From Octopus sinensis (Eukaryota): 64,000 bases of DNA. Location: contig NC_043001.1 of the NCBI RefSeq assembly GCF_006345805.1, positions 16,678,001-16,742,000 of the forward strand, in the 5' to 3' direction. Below, in pieces: positions 52,585 through 64,000 of the stretch. Position 1 is the first letter of the stretch. The number at the start of each line of letters is the position of its first letter. The notes beneath the pieces were generated by a model. The model was given only the letters and a program-made list of their open reading frames with translations. It was not told the origin of the DNA and ran no database searches. A program made the position numbers and the translations under genes.

Positions 52585-53355
52585 AAGGCGGCGAACTGGC
52601 AAAATCGTTACTGCGAAATGCTTGGCAGTATTTCGCCTGTCGCTGCGTTCTCAGTTCAAATTCTGCCGAGGTCGACTTTGCCTTTCATCCTTTCGGGGTC
52701 GATAAATTAAGTACCAGTTACGTACTGGGGTCGATATAATCGACTTAATACGTTTGTTTCCTCTGTGTTTAGCCCCTTGTGGGTAGTAAAGAAATAAGTA
52801 TTTCACCTGTCACTGCATTCCGAGTTCAAATTCCGCCGAGGTCGTCTTTGCCTTTCATCCTTTCAGGGTCGATTAAATAAGTACCAGTTACGCACTGGGG
52901 TCGATATAATCGACTTAATATGTTTGTCTGTGCTTGCTTGTCCCCTCTGTATGTAGCCCCTTGTGGGCAGTAACAAAATATGTATTTCGCCTGCCGTTAC
53001 GTTCTGTGTTCAAACTCCGCCGAGGTTGACTTTGTCTTTCATCCTTTCCGGGTCGATTAATTAAGTACCAGTTACGCACTGGGATCGATGTAATCAACTT
53101 AATCCCTTTGTCTGTCCTTGTTTGTCCGCTCTATGTTTAGCATCTTGTGGGCAATAAAGAAATAAGAAGTGTTAGCACACCGGGCAAAATGCTTACCAGT
53201 ATTTCGTCTGTCTTTACGTTGAGTCCAAATTCCGCCGAGGCCGACTTTTCCTTTCATTCTTTTCGAGTCGATAAATTATGTACCAGTTGCGTACTGGAGT
53301 CGATCTAATCGACTGACCCCCCCTCTCCAAAAATTTCGGGTCTTGTGCCTAGAGT
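52585..53355 (+). mobile_element. SINE family B array, about 4 units, diverged
   Basis: Repeated gtatttc...gtagtaaagaaata units, with a restart at gttagcac near 53170. Confidence 0.85.
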
Positions 53356-53774
53356 AGAAAAGAATTTCCTCTCTTCACCTTCAATTTCGTCTCTCCTCAC
53401 CTTCAATATCAAAATCGCACACTACCACTCCCTGTTACACTCCTCTCCTGCTTTCTACACAGTTCTTTTCAACACATTTGGGCATGTGAACCTGTTGTGT
53501 GTATGTTTGTACTGTTAGTTTTTATGTTTTGTATATATATCAATGCAATATTTATATGAGAATTTATGTCCCTGTGTGGGTGTATATTGTATATATTTGA
53601 GCTTGTGTTGCTACGCATGTTCGTGTGTGAATTTCTTTGTTGCTGCTCCCTCTTTCTTCTACGGTTACTTTATGACTTGACTGTTCACTTATTGTTATTA
53701 TTGTTGTTTTCGATTAATAAATACCAAGTCGTCCCAGCTTCAACAGACTGACATTACATTCTCGAGTCCTAACG

Positions 53775-55945
53775 TTTCTTATTTCTTTATTGCCCACAAG
53801 GGGCTAAACATAGAGGGTACAAACAAAGACAGACAAAGGGATTAAGTCGATTAATTACATCGACTCCAGTGCGAAACTGCTACTTAATTTATCGACCCCG
53901 AAAGGATGAAAGGCAAAGTCGACCTCGGCGGAATTTGAACTCAGAACGTAGCGGCAGACAAAATACCTATTTCTTTACTACTCACAAGGGGCTAAACATA
54001 GAAGGGACAAACAAGGGCAGACAAAGGGATTAAGTCGATTAATTACATCAACCCCAGCGCGAAACTGGTACATAATTTATCGACCCCGAAAGGATGAAAG
54101 GCAAAGTCGACCTCGGCGGAATTCGAACTCAGAACGTAGCGGCAGACGAAATACGGCTACGCATTTCGGCCGGCGTGCTAACGTTTCTGCCAGCTCGCCG
54201 CCGGTTTAGTGTATACCGGACTGCAATATCTGATGTGTCATTCTTTTGGTTCCTTTCGGCTAGAGGTGTAATCGGTTATCCGATTTCCAAAAGCGTGTAC
54301 AAGTCCATCGCGTGTTTGCTTCATTTACAGCAACATAAAGTGTAACTTTTTGCTCAAGAACGCAACAAATTGCCTAGACTGGGAATCGAAACCGCAAGTG
54401 CAGCACCCTAACCACAAGGCCACGTGCTTTAACGCTTCAATAGGCACATTATCAAATGTAGTAAACCTTCAGCCATCCAGATTTTTTCCGGTTTAGTGTA
54501 TACCTATTTCTTTACTACCCACAATGACAAACAAGGACAGACAAACGGATTAAGTCGATTACATCGACCTCAGAATGTAACTGGTACTTAATTTATCGAC
54601 CCCGAAAAGATGAAAGGCAAAGTCAACCTCGGCGGAATTTGAACTCAGAACGTAGCGGCAGACAAAATACCTATTTCTTTACTACTCACAAGGGGCTAAA
54701 CATAGAAGGGACAAACAAGGACAGACAAACGGATTAAGTCGATTATATCGACCCCAGTGCGTAACTGGTACTTATGTAATCGACCCCGAAAGGATGAAAG
54801 GAAAAGTCGACCTCGGCGGAATTTGAACTCAGAACGTAGCGGCAGACAAAATACCTATTTCTTTACTACTCACAATGGGCTAAACATAGAAGGGACAAAC
54901 AAGGGCAGATAAACGGATTAAGTCGATTATATCGACCCCAGTGCGTAACTGGTACTTAATTTATCGACCCCGAAAGGATGAAAGGCAAAGTCGACCTCGG
55001 CGGAATTCGAACTCAGAACGTAACGGCAGACGAAATATGGCTACGCATTTCACCCGGCGTGCTAACGATTCTGCCAGCTCGCCGATGGTTTAGTGTATAC
55101 CGGGCTACAATATCTGGTGTGTCATTCTTTTGGTTCCTTTCGGCTAGAGGTGTAAGTTACGAAAGATTTTGTTGATATCTCTCACTCGTTTTGTCACGTA
55201 GTGAGTGCCACTACGTGACATTGTCGTATCTGTAAGTTGCTTGAACACTATCTTCGGTCAACGGGATTGCTGCAAAGCTGTTAAACAGGATGCTCTCTTC
55301 GTTGAGCCCAAACACGCGTTTTTATCTATAAAATTTTACTGCCAAACTATTGGTCCACTCCATGCTATAATACAAGACACTTGTCCAATTTGCCCCACAG
55401 CTGGATCAAACATGGAACCACGTGCTTGTGTAGCCACACCTCTATAGTTACGAATTACAGCCAAGCCTGCGGTTCTTTATGCGTGTATACTTACTCTCTC
55501 CCTCTCTTTCTCCCACTCTCTCCCCACACCCCCACGCAAATACCCATTTCTTTACTGCCCACAAGGGGCTACACACAGAAGGGACAAACAAGGACAGACA
55601 AACGGATTAAGTCGATTATATCGACCCCAGTGTGTAACTGGTATTTATTTAATCGACCCCGAAAGGATGAAAGGCAAAGTCGACCTCGGCGGAATTTGAA
55701 CTCAGAACGTAACGGCAGGCTAAATACCTATTTCTTTATTACCCACAAGGGGCTAAACACGGAGGGGACAAACAAGGACAGACATAGGTATTAAGTCGAT
55801 TACATCGACCCCAGTGCGTAACTGGTACTTAATTTATCGACCCCGAAAGGATGAAAGGCAAAGTCGACCTCGGCGGAATTTGAACTCAGAACGTAACGAT
55901 AGACTAAATACCGCAAAGCATTTCGCCCAGCGTGCTAACGTTTCT
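53775..55945 (-). mobile_element. Cluster of three SINE family B arrays (53775-54200, 54505-55085, 55545-55945)
   Basis: The same unit and junction are repeated, and each array has its head at the right-hand end. Confidence 0.85.
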
Positions 55946-56668
55946 GCCAGCCCGCCGCCTCCCCCACACACAAATGCCAACACACAGAGTAGAATAGTTT
56001 ACGCGATGCGATTTATTGATAGAGTTAACAAATCATCCGATAAAACGAAAGATTAGGCTGACATTCTAATGTGAAAAGTTTAATGAAGCACCCTGATTGT
56101 TGAGCCTAAGTATACACAATGGGATTCTAAATAAAACTGAAGTTTTTACAAACAAACCACCTCAGTTGCAAATTAAAAGTTTCGGAATAATTCGGAGCCC
56201 CTCGAGTCAAAGGTGAATAAGTCGTTCAAAACACAAATGGGGTTCTGTTGTTTATTTATAAACTTTAACTCATTTTTTTTCACTTCCTTCTATTTTCCTT
56301 TTTCTTCTCCTTTTTCCTTTCACACTGATTACTTAATGACACTCACTTTCACATACTGATCACACGTTATTCTGTGAGTTCCGGTTTGGCCAATATTTGT
56401 CCTTTTTGTAACTGGGAGAGTCCAGGTAGGTGGACAGATGAAATTTAGCTATCTTGTTATGCGATTTGCGACTGAACGACTGAGGAGTGTAGGGAGAAAT
56501 GAGACAGAGGTATCAGGAATAATCAGCCGAAAATGCGAGGATAGTCTGGTGCTTGACTGAAGAAAGAAAACTTCGAATGACACGTCCTTGTTCCCTTGTA
56601 TCGTCTACCTGGATGTTTTGTCACATTTTGTATCACCTAGCTGTCCGGATGTTTTGCTTTCTTGTCCC

Positions 56669-56710
<42 letters not shown>

Positions 56711-56711
<1 letters not shown>

Positions 56712-56932
56712 TCTTTACTCTTTTACTCTTTTACTTGTTTCAGTCATTTGACTGCGGCCATGCTGGAGCACCGCCTTTAGTCGAGTAAATCGACCCCGGG
56801 ACTTATTCTTTGTAAGCCCAGTACTTATTCTATCGGTCTCTTTTGCCGAACCGCTAAGTGACGGGGACGTAAACACACCAGCATCGGTTGTCAAGCAATG
56901 CTAGGGAGACAAACACAGACACACAAACACAT

Positions 56933-56965
<33 letters not shown>

Positions 56966-57252
56966 CATATACACGACAGGCTTCTTTCAGTTTCCGTCTA
57001 CCAAATCCACTCACAAGGCATTGGTCGGCCCGGGGCTATAGCAGAAGACACTTGGCCAAAATGCCACGCAGTGGGACCGAACCCGGAACCATGTGGTTGG
57101 TTAGCAAGCTACTTACCACACAGCCACTATATATAAATTGAATAAGGGTAGAAATTGATATTAATCAGTTAAAACCAGTGGCCTAGCATATTAAAAATCC
57201 GAAGATTAAAATATTTTTTACATACAAAATTTAAAGGACTGACCACTATATA

Positions 57253-57302
<50 letters not shown>

Positions 57303-57522
57303 TCTTTACTCTTTTACTCTTTTACTTGTTTCAGTCATTTGACTGCGGCCATGCTGGAGCACCGCCTTTAGTCGAGTAAATCGACCCCGGGACTTATTCT
57401 TTGTAAGCCCAGTACTTATTCTATCGGTCTCTTTTGCCGAACCGCTAAGTGACGGGGACGTAAACACACCAGCATCGGTGTCAAGCAATGCTAGGGAGAC
57501 AAACACAGACACACAAACACAT

Positions 57523-57558
<36 letters not shown>

Positions 57559-57835
57559 ATATACACGACAGGCTTCTTTCAGTTTCCGTCTACCAAATCC
57601 ACTCACAAGGCATTGGTCGGCCCGGGGCTATAGCAGAAGACACTTGGCCAAAATGCCACGCAGTGGGACCGAACCCGGAACCATGTGGTTGGTTAGCAAG
57701 CTACTTACCACACAGCCACTATATATAAATTGAATAAGGGTAGAAATTGATATTAATCAGTTAAAACCAGTGGCCTAGCATATTAAAAATCCGAAGATTA
57801 AAATATTTTTTACATACAAAATTTAAAGGACTGAC

Positions 57836-57840
<5 letters not shown>
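56711..57840 (-). repeat. Near-identical 591-bp-period tandem duplication (SINE A plus unique flank)
   Basis: 56711-57247 versus 57302-57840; by eye they differ only by a 1-nt indel and by (TA)n length. Confidence 0.9.
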
Positions 57841-57869
<29 letters not shown>

Positions 57870-58123
57870 CTAATGTAGGATAAAATTTTTTTCCATCAAT
57901 GGCCAGCATATCAAAAAATACTTATATGTACTTATATCTCACGTATTTATCGTTGAAGAAGGGAAAACTCTTATGACCCCGAAATTGGGACCAATACGGT
58001 AATAACGTATTTTTTATAAATTTCTATCGGTTTGTTTCGAGACGCATAAATTATAAATACGATACAAAGTTCTGGTGCCTTTAACTTAACTACCATATTC
58101 ATCTGAATCTAAATTTTGCTGAA

Positions 58124-58177
<54 letters not shown>

Positions 58178-58683
58178 TAGTTGCTATAAGGTGAGCACAA
58201 GTGTGTACGTACGCCGTTATATGTATATATAGATATAAAAAATGTAACAAAAATGCAATAGAGGACAATAAAACATTCGGACAGACAGACAGACGATTCA
58301 AAGGTGGACAGGAACAGAGAGACAGGAAAAAAAGGGGACGGGTGATTCGTGGCTTTTTTTCTTCAGTCAAGTTACTTGGTTGGTAACTTGACTGACTGAA
58401 AAAAGAAGGCCACGAATGACCCGTCCCTTTTTTTTTTCCTGTCGCTCTGTTCCTGTCCGCCTTTGAATCATCTATCTGTCCAAATGTCTAATTGTTCACT
58501 ATTGTAGTTTTGGTACATATATATATATAATTGAGGTTATAAGAGGTAATGGTGTCATTGAGGCCCAAAGAGATCTACAACTTCAATATCCCTACATATC
58601 TCACATCTATTTTCTTTCCTCCATCTCACTCTCTATTTTGTATCCTGTCTAAATTAACTATTACTTAACCATCCTCTCACACC

Positions 58684-58734
58684 GTCTCCGATGAAGGGAT
58701 ATAATAATAAATATCCTGGAAACAGCTGTAAGAC
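58684..58734 (+). ncRNA. Minimal type I hammerhead-like motif (U4C)
   Basis: GUCU-CCGAUGA-A-GGGAUAU/AAUAAUAA/AUAUCCU-G-GAAAC-AGCU-GU-A-AGAC; the stem III loop AGCU is palindromic. Confidence 0.6.
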
Positions 58735-58800
58735 ATTCTATCTATAAATGTTCTAATATCTACACAGCCTTGGTTTTTTTATCTCATTATGCAAAAGTCT

Positions 58801-58842
<42 letters not shown>

Positions 58843-59140
58843 CACATTCATAATACTTCTTGCTTATTTGGAAAACATTGTAATATTAGCTACTACATCA
58901 CCAAATCAATGATTATAGCCAATGTCAGCCCTTTCCCACGATGACCGCGATTATGAAGACGTCCAACAGTACCGCCATCACCACCACAATGACAACCACC
59001 ATTCGCAACTATTACTTATTGCTACTAGTATGCATAAACATTTTGGAAAAGATCTGTGCAGTCAATTGTCCATATTTACAACGTTTCATTATCAGGTGAT
59101 ATCAGCTGTTTCTAGTAGTAGTAGTAGTAGTAGTAGCAGC

Positions 59141-59173
<33 letters not shown>

Positions 59174-59225
59174 GGTGGTGGTGGTGGTGGTGGTGATGGT
59201 GGTGATGGTGGTGGTAGTGGTAGTG

Positions 59226-59265
<40 letters not shown>

Positions 59266-60083
59266 AAGCAGTGTTACAACAAGTAGGCTATTATTTATGA
59301 AGTAAAGGCCCCACCTCGATTTGCTCGACCTTTCAATAAAAAGAAACCTGTGTTTAGATCAATGATAATAAATGCTTGGAAACCTTTTCATTGACTTATT
59401 TATTTATATTTCAAAAACCGATTGCCCATTTACATAGGAACAAATCCGAGCCTGTAATTTTATATACAGGATAATATTTGCATATGTATTATATGAGTAG
59501 TTCTACATACAACGTTTATGAAACTGGGCTGTGTGTGTCTGTGCGTATATGTGTCAACGTGTCCGTCCATGTTCGTCTACGTGTGTGTTATAGTTTTTTT
59601 TCATATTTACTTCACCTTCACTAGAACAGCTCAGACATTGTTAACATAAAGTTAATAGAGCACGATTATGGCTGAATCACCTTATTTCAAATTGTCCAAT
59701 CACTGGCCACCTAAAACCTGAATGAAAAAGAACCCTACGGTTACTACTATTAACATTACTACTTTGATGCAAGAAAACAGGCCTCATTGACTTCTGTATT
59801 TCAATCAATGAATGTTTCCTGACATAAGACGTCGATTCTTTCATTAACCTCATCTTTTGATGTAAAGGAGCTAGATAGCCGTGCGACTAAGAAGCTCCCT
59901 TTGCTACTGAATGGTTTCTGGTTCAGTCCCACTGCGTGGCACCTTGAATAAATGTCTCCTATTATAGTCCCGGCCTACTAATACCTGGTGAATGAACCTG
60001 GCAGAAGAAAACTGTGGAGGCCGTCGTATATATATATATATATAATATATAATATATATATAGTATATATATATATATATACA

Positions 60084-60194
<111 letters not shown>

Positions 60195-60212
60195 CATATA
60201 TTATTTATTTAT

Positions 60213-60424
60213 TGCCAGAAGGGGCTAAACACAGAGGGGACAAACAAGGACAAAGGGATTAAGTCGATTAGCTCGACCCCAGTGCGTAACTGGTACTTAT
60301 TTAATCGAACCCGAAAGGATGAAAGGCAAAGTCGACCTCGGTGGAATTTGAACTCAGAACGTAGCGGCAGACGAAATACTGCTAAGCATTTCGCCCGGCG
60401 TGTTAACGATTCTGCCAGCTTGCC
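60213..60424 (-). mobile_element. SINE family B monomer
   Basis: Head at 60424 plus one unit. Confidence 0.85.
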
Positions 60425-60672
60425 TTATATTTATATATATATATATATATATTAATAGTAATGGTACGATAACAAAAGAATGAATGAGACCTCGACATTA
60501 TGTAAATAGAGGAATTTATCTGTAATATAATGTGATAATTATTCGGTTGCCGACATCCGATACTCGGAGTTTTATTATGGCAACCGAAAAATTGTCACAT
60601 ATTATATTACAGATATATATATATCTGTGATATATATATTTTACATATATATAAATATATACATACATACAG

Positions 60673-60763
<91 letters not shown>

Positions 60764-60849
60764 CAAATCTCTATATATAACAAGTTTATTACAACACTAC
60801 GACCTCATAAAGGATGTTTGAGCGGTCTAAAGAGTTGATAGTCAGAAGG

Positions 60850-61520
60850 GGCGAGATCTGGACTCTATGCAGGATGTCCTAGCATCTCAAAAGCCAAAAT
60901 GATGAATCCATGTCTCATCTGCGAGTACTTTACCAAAAATAACTTCGCATTCATTGTTGAAGTGATCAGGTAAGCGTTGACAGGTATGCACACGGATGTG
61001 CTTCTGAGCTTCTGTAAGTTCTCTCGGTACCCATCCTAGTGATTTCGCAAGCAGAACCATGAATAGTTTGCAGAGAACACGCCACCTCATCGATGGTCAC
61101 TCGCCGGTTTGCCAGAGCCATCCCTCGAGTTTGTCAAATTTTCCTGTCAGTGGTGAAAGGGGCTCCCTCTTCGTGCTTCACGCTTGTCCGGCCATTAGTA
61201 AGCTTCTCAATCTTCTCATACATATTTCTCTGCGGTAAAGCAATGTCCCTGTATTGTACTGAAAACATGGATTTAAACCGTGCCTGTGACGCACCTTCAG
61301 GCCAGAGAAATCGGAGCGCTGATTTCTATTCTTCTTTAATGCACACTGAAATTTGAGCAGCTTGGTTTACTCACTAACACAAAGAAGAAAACTGAAGCGA
61401 TCAACGTCGAACCTCAGTTACGTAAGCACAAAAGTATCACCTGTTATTTCGTGAGCAGTGAAACCAGTGCAGTCAACCTAAAGAATGTATTGGGGAAAGT
61501 GAGGATACTTTTTGACCTTT
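60850..61520 (-). mobile_element. Mariner transposon 5' half (TIR remnant, HTH, first catalytic D)
   Basis: SVCIKEE*KSALRFLWPEG...GRTSVKHEEGA...NRRVTIDEVA, then WVPRELTEAQK..RV..C...DETWIHHF; a TIR-like ggtcaaaaagtatcc lies near 61505-61520. Confidence 0.85.
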
Positions 61521-61637
61521 ACTGGTGGCATATATAAATATGTATATGTGTTGGGTTTGTGTGTGTGTGTGAGTGTGTCTGCCTGTTTCTGTCTGCCTGT
61601 CTCTCTATATATGTATGTATGTATTAGATATATATAT

Positions 61638-61678
<41 letters not shown>

Positions 61679-61970
61679 TATATTAATACATACATACTAT
61701 ACATACATACATAGATATAATACATACATACATACATACATACATACGTATGTGTGACCGCGTGTGTATCGTCGGCGATTTTATTCTTCGTCTTCCCTTC
61801 TTTGGACTTTTCTATGTTTCTGACTAAGAGCTCCGCTCGAAACATTCTTGTTTAGATTGACTATGTATGTATGTATGTATGTATGTATGTATGTATGTAT
61901 GTATGTATGTATGTATGTATGTATATATATAATATATATTATATATATATATATATTATATATATATATA

Positions 61971-62270
61971 TCTTTATATATAAAAGTGAAGTTGTGTGTC
62001 TGTCTCCTACGATTTAGATTCCTAACTAGTCCCACCATTTTGCGGTGCAGTTTAACCAAAACCGGGTATCTTATAGTCGTGATTCATTTCGAGCCCTTCT
62101 GGGTATTAGCGCGCGTCTACGATGAGTCTACGATTAAAAAAAAAAATTACCATAATTTTTTCCCATTTTTAATGCATTTTTGTGCTATTATATAAGGGAA
62201 GTAACTCTCTAAAAATGCTTATATAGTTATTTCCCTTACAAACCCGAGCAACGCCGGGCGATACTGCTAG
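61971..62270 (+). mobile_element. Complete non-autonomous Helitron, 300 bp
   Basis: 5' TC(TTTATATATAAAAG), 3' hairpin cccg-agcaacgc-cggg followed by CTAG, inserted between A and T. Confidence 0.9.
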
Positions 62271-62301
<31 letters not shown>

Positions 62302-62408
62302 AACAAAACCTGCTAGTATATATATACTACATATATATATATATAGATATATATATATATATATATATATAGATATTATATATATATATATATATATACT
62401 ATATATAT

Positions 62409-62648
62409 AAGGAAATGAAGAAAATCTGACAAAATAATTTAAGTAATTTAAGTAATTTAATTAGGTGAAAGTTCTTTTTAACCGGTTGCGCATTTGTTAT
62501 GCTTATCAAAAGTTTTTCCTCTTATCCAGATAAGAGGGAAAAAAAATTTTGATAAGCATAACAAATGCGCAGCCGGTAAAAAGAACTTTCACCTAATTAA
62601 ATTACTTAAATTACTTAAATTATTTTGTCAGATTTTCTTCATTTCCTT
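62409..62648. repeat. Near-perfect fold-back inverted repeat, about 118-bp arms with a 2-nt loop
   Basis: Centre ctcttatc-ca-gataagag, with only a few substitutions between arms. Confidence 0.95.
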
Positions 62649-62685
62649 TTTTATATATCACACCTGTGTTCTACATCTCCTTTTT

Positions 62686-62729
<44 letters not shown>

Positions 62730-62886
62730 ATATATATATAATATATAATATATATATTATTTATATAATATACCATAATATATACATAATATATATACTA
62801 TATATATTAATATATACAAACATAAATATATATGTATACGTGTATGTATATATGTATATGTGTGTGTGTAAGTATGTATAAATGCA

Positions 62887-62925
<39 letters not shown>

Positions 62926-63529
62926 GATATGTGTCATCGTGCCAGATGTTATGTCTTCTGTTGCCGAGCCTTTGAGTAATCAGTACAAACATGGAAGCAG
63001 TGAGTGCAATGTGCAATATAGAAATAGCGTTTCTGATAGAGAGGTCAGACGTGATCGCTAGTCCCATGATGTCATTAATGATACTGCGTGTCTTTCAAGC
63101 AACACGAATTGTAAAATGTTTACGATACAATGTCTTGATAAAGTATGTCTTCTTAAACGTGTGTATGTGTATATGTGCGACTATACGCATTCATACATAC
63201 ACAGACATAACTTCGTGCCCGTGAATGAGTTAGTGTGTGTGTGTGAATGCTGTGGTTTAGTGATTACTGTATTGGGCTGTTGATCATAAGGTTGTGTTTC
63301 GATCCCTCAACCGGATAAGTACTAGTGCAAGCCTCTTCTGTGTCCCGGTGGGTTAAGAGTGGGAGTGCTGAGGTGTCTATGCCGTACCTTATCGGGACGA
63401 AGACGAGCACCTAAAACAGTTATTGAAAGTATGGCACAAGCTGCCAGCTCGTGCTCGCTTGCGAGTGAAAGCTTAAAGGCACGTGAGTCGAACAGAAATG
63501 TATTTTATTCAATGAAACCAGTTTTCATA

Positions 63530-63990
63530 CGGCCGTTCTTGTGGGTAGTAAAGAAATAGGTATTTCGTCTGCCGCTACGTTCTGAGCTCAAATTCCGCCG
63601 AGGTCGACTTTGCCTTTCATCCTTTCGGGGTCGATTAAATAAGTACCAGTTACGCACTGAGGTCGATCTAATCGACTTAATCTGTTAATTCGGCGGAATT
63701 TGGACTCAAAACGTAAGGACAGACGAAATACCTATTTCTTTACTACCCACAAGGGGCTAAACACAGAGGGGACAAACAACGACAGACAAAAGGACTAAGT
63801 AGATTATATCGACCCCAGTGCGTAACCGGTACTTATTTAATCGACCCCGAGAGGATGAAAGGCAAAGTCGACCTCGGCGGAATTTGAACTCAGTACGTAG
63901 CGGCAAGACGAAATACCGCCAAGCATTTCGCCCGGAGTGCTAACGATTCTGCCAGCTCGCCACCTTAAACGTTTCTGCCAGCTCGCTGCT
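63530..63990. mobile_element. SINE family B copies in opposite orientations
   Basis: A plus-strand partial array runs to about 63684, and a minus-strand array starts at about 63690. Confidence 0.8.
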
Positions 63991-64000
63991 CAGTCTTCTC

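Noticed and set aside
58922-59305. Ser/Gly/His-rich 127-aa ORF
   Set aside because: It is produced by adjacent (CAT)n, (AGT)n and (GGT)n trinucleotide tracts.
60540-60590. ttcggttgcc/ggcaaccgaa hairpin as a hammerhead stem I
   Set aside because: The core is too decayed (AUAAUAA, no GAAA) to support the call.
62991-63224. ORF with an S4-like segment (ILRVFQATRIVKCLRY)
   Set aside because: The Arg periodicity is broken, there are no convincing splice sites, and the ORF runs into microsatellite.

Overview
AT-rich eukaryotic DNA dominated by repeats. There is no long ORF, and most of the ORF track is translated microsatellite ([12 protein letters not shown]). The SINE families and microsatellite load match what I recall of octopus genomes (inference, not database-checked). 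Supported content: (i) more than 40 copies of four or five SINE-like families, one of them in head-to-tail ~184-bp arrays; (ii) decayed fragments of CR1/L2, RTE and L1-Tx1 LINEs, a DD37D (maT)-type and two mariner-type transposases, and Helitrons (one complete 300-bp non-autonomous copy and one Rep remnant); (iii) a 276-bp isolated 28S rRNA fragment; (iv) two minisatellites and several long fold-back palindromes; (v) a few splice-site-bounded candidate exons of an unidentified host gene. The most interesting signal is about a dozen minimal type I hammerhead-ribozyme-like motifs dispersed on both strands. One has an intact core, and two carry compensatory U3-A8 or A3-U8 changes at the 3-8 core pair. 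One 112-bp perfect palindrome is centred exactly on the self-complementary stem-III loop of such a motif. All three copies of the Tx1 LINE are 5'-flanked by (ATCT)n, two of them on both sides. All structures were folded by eye, and nothing was tested computationally or experimentally.
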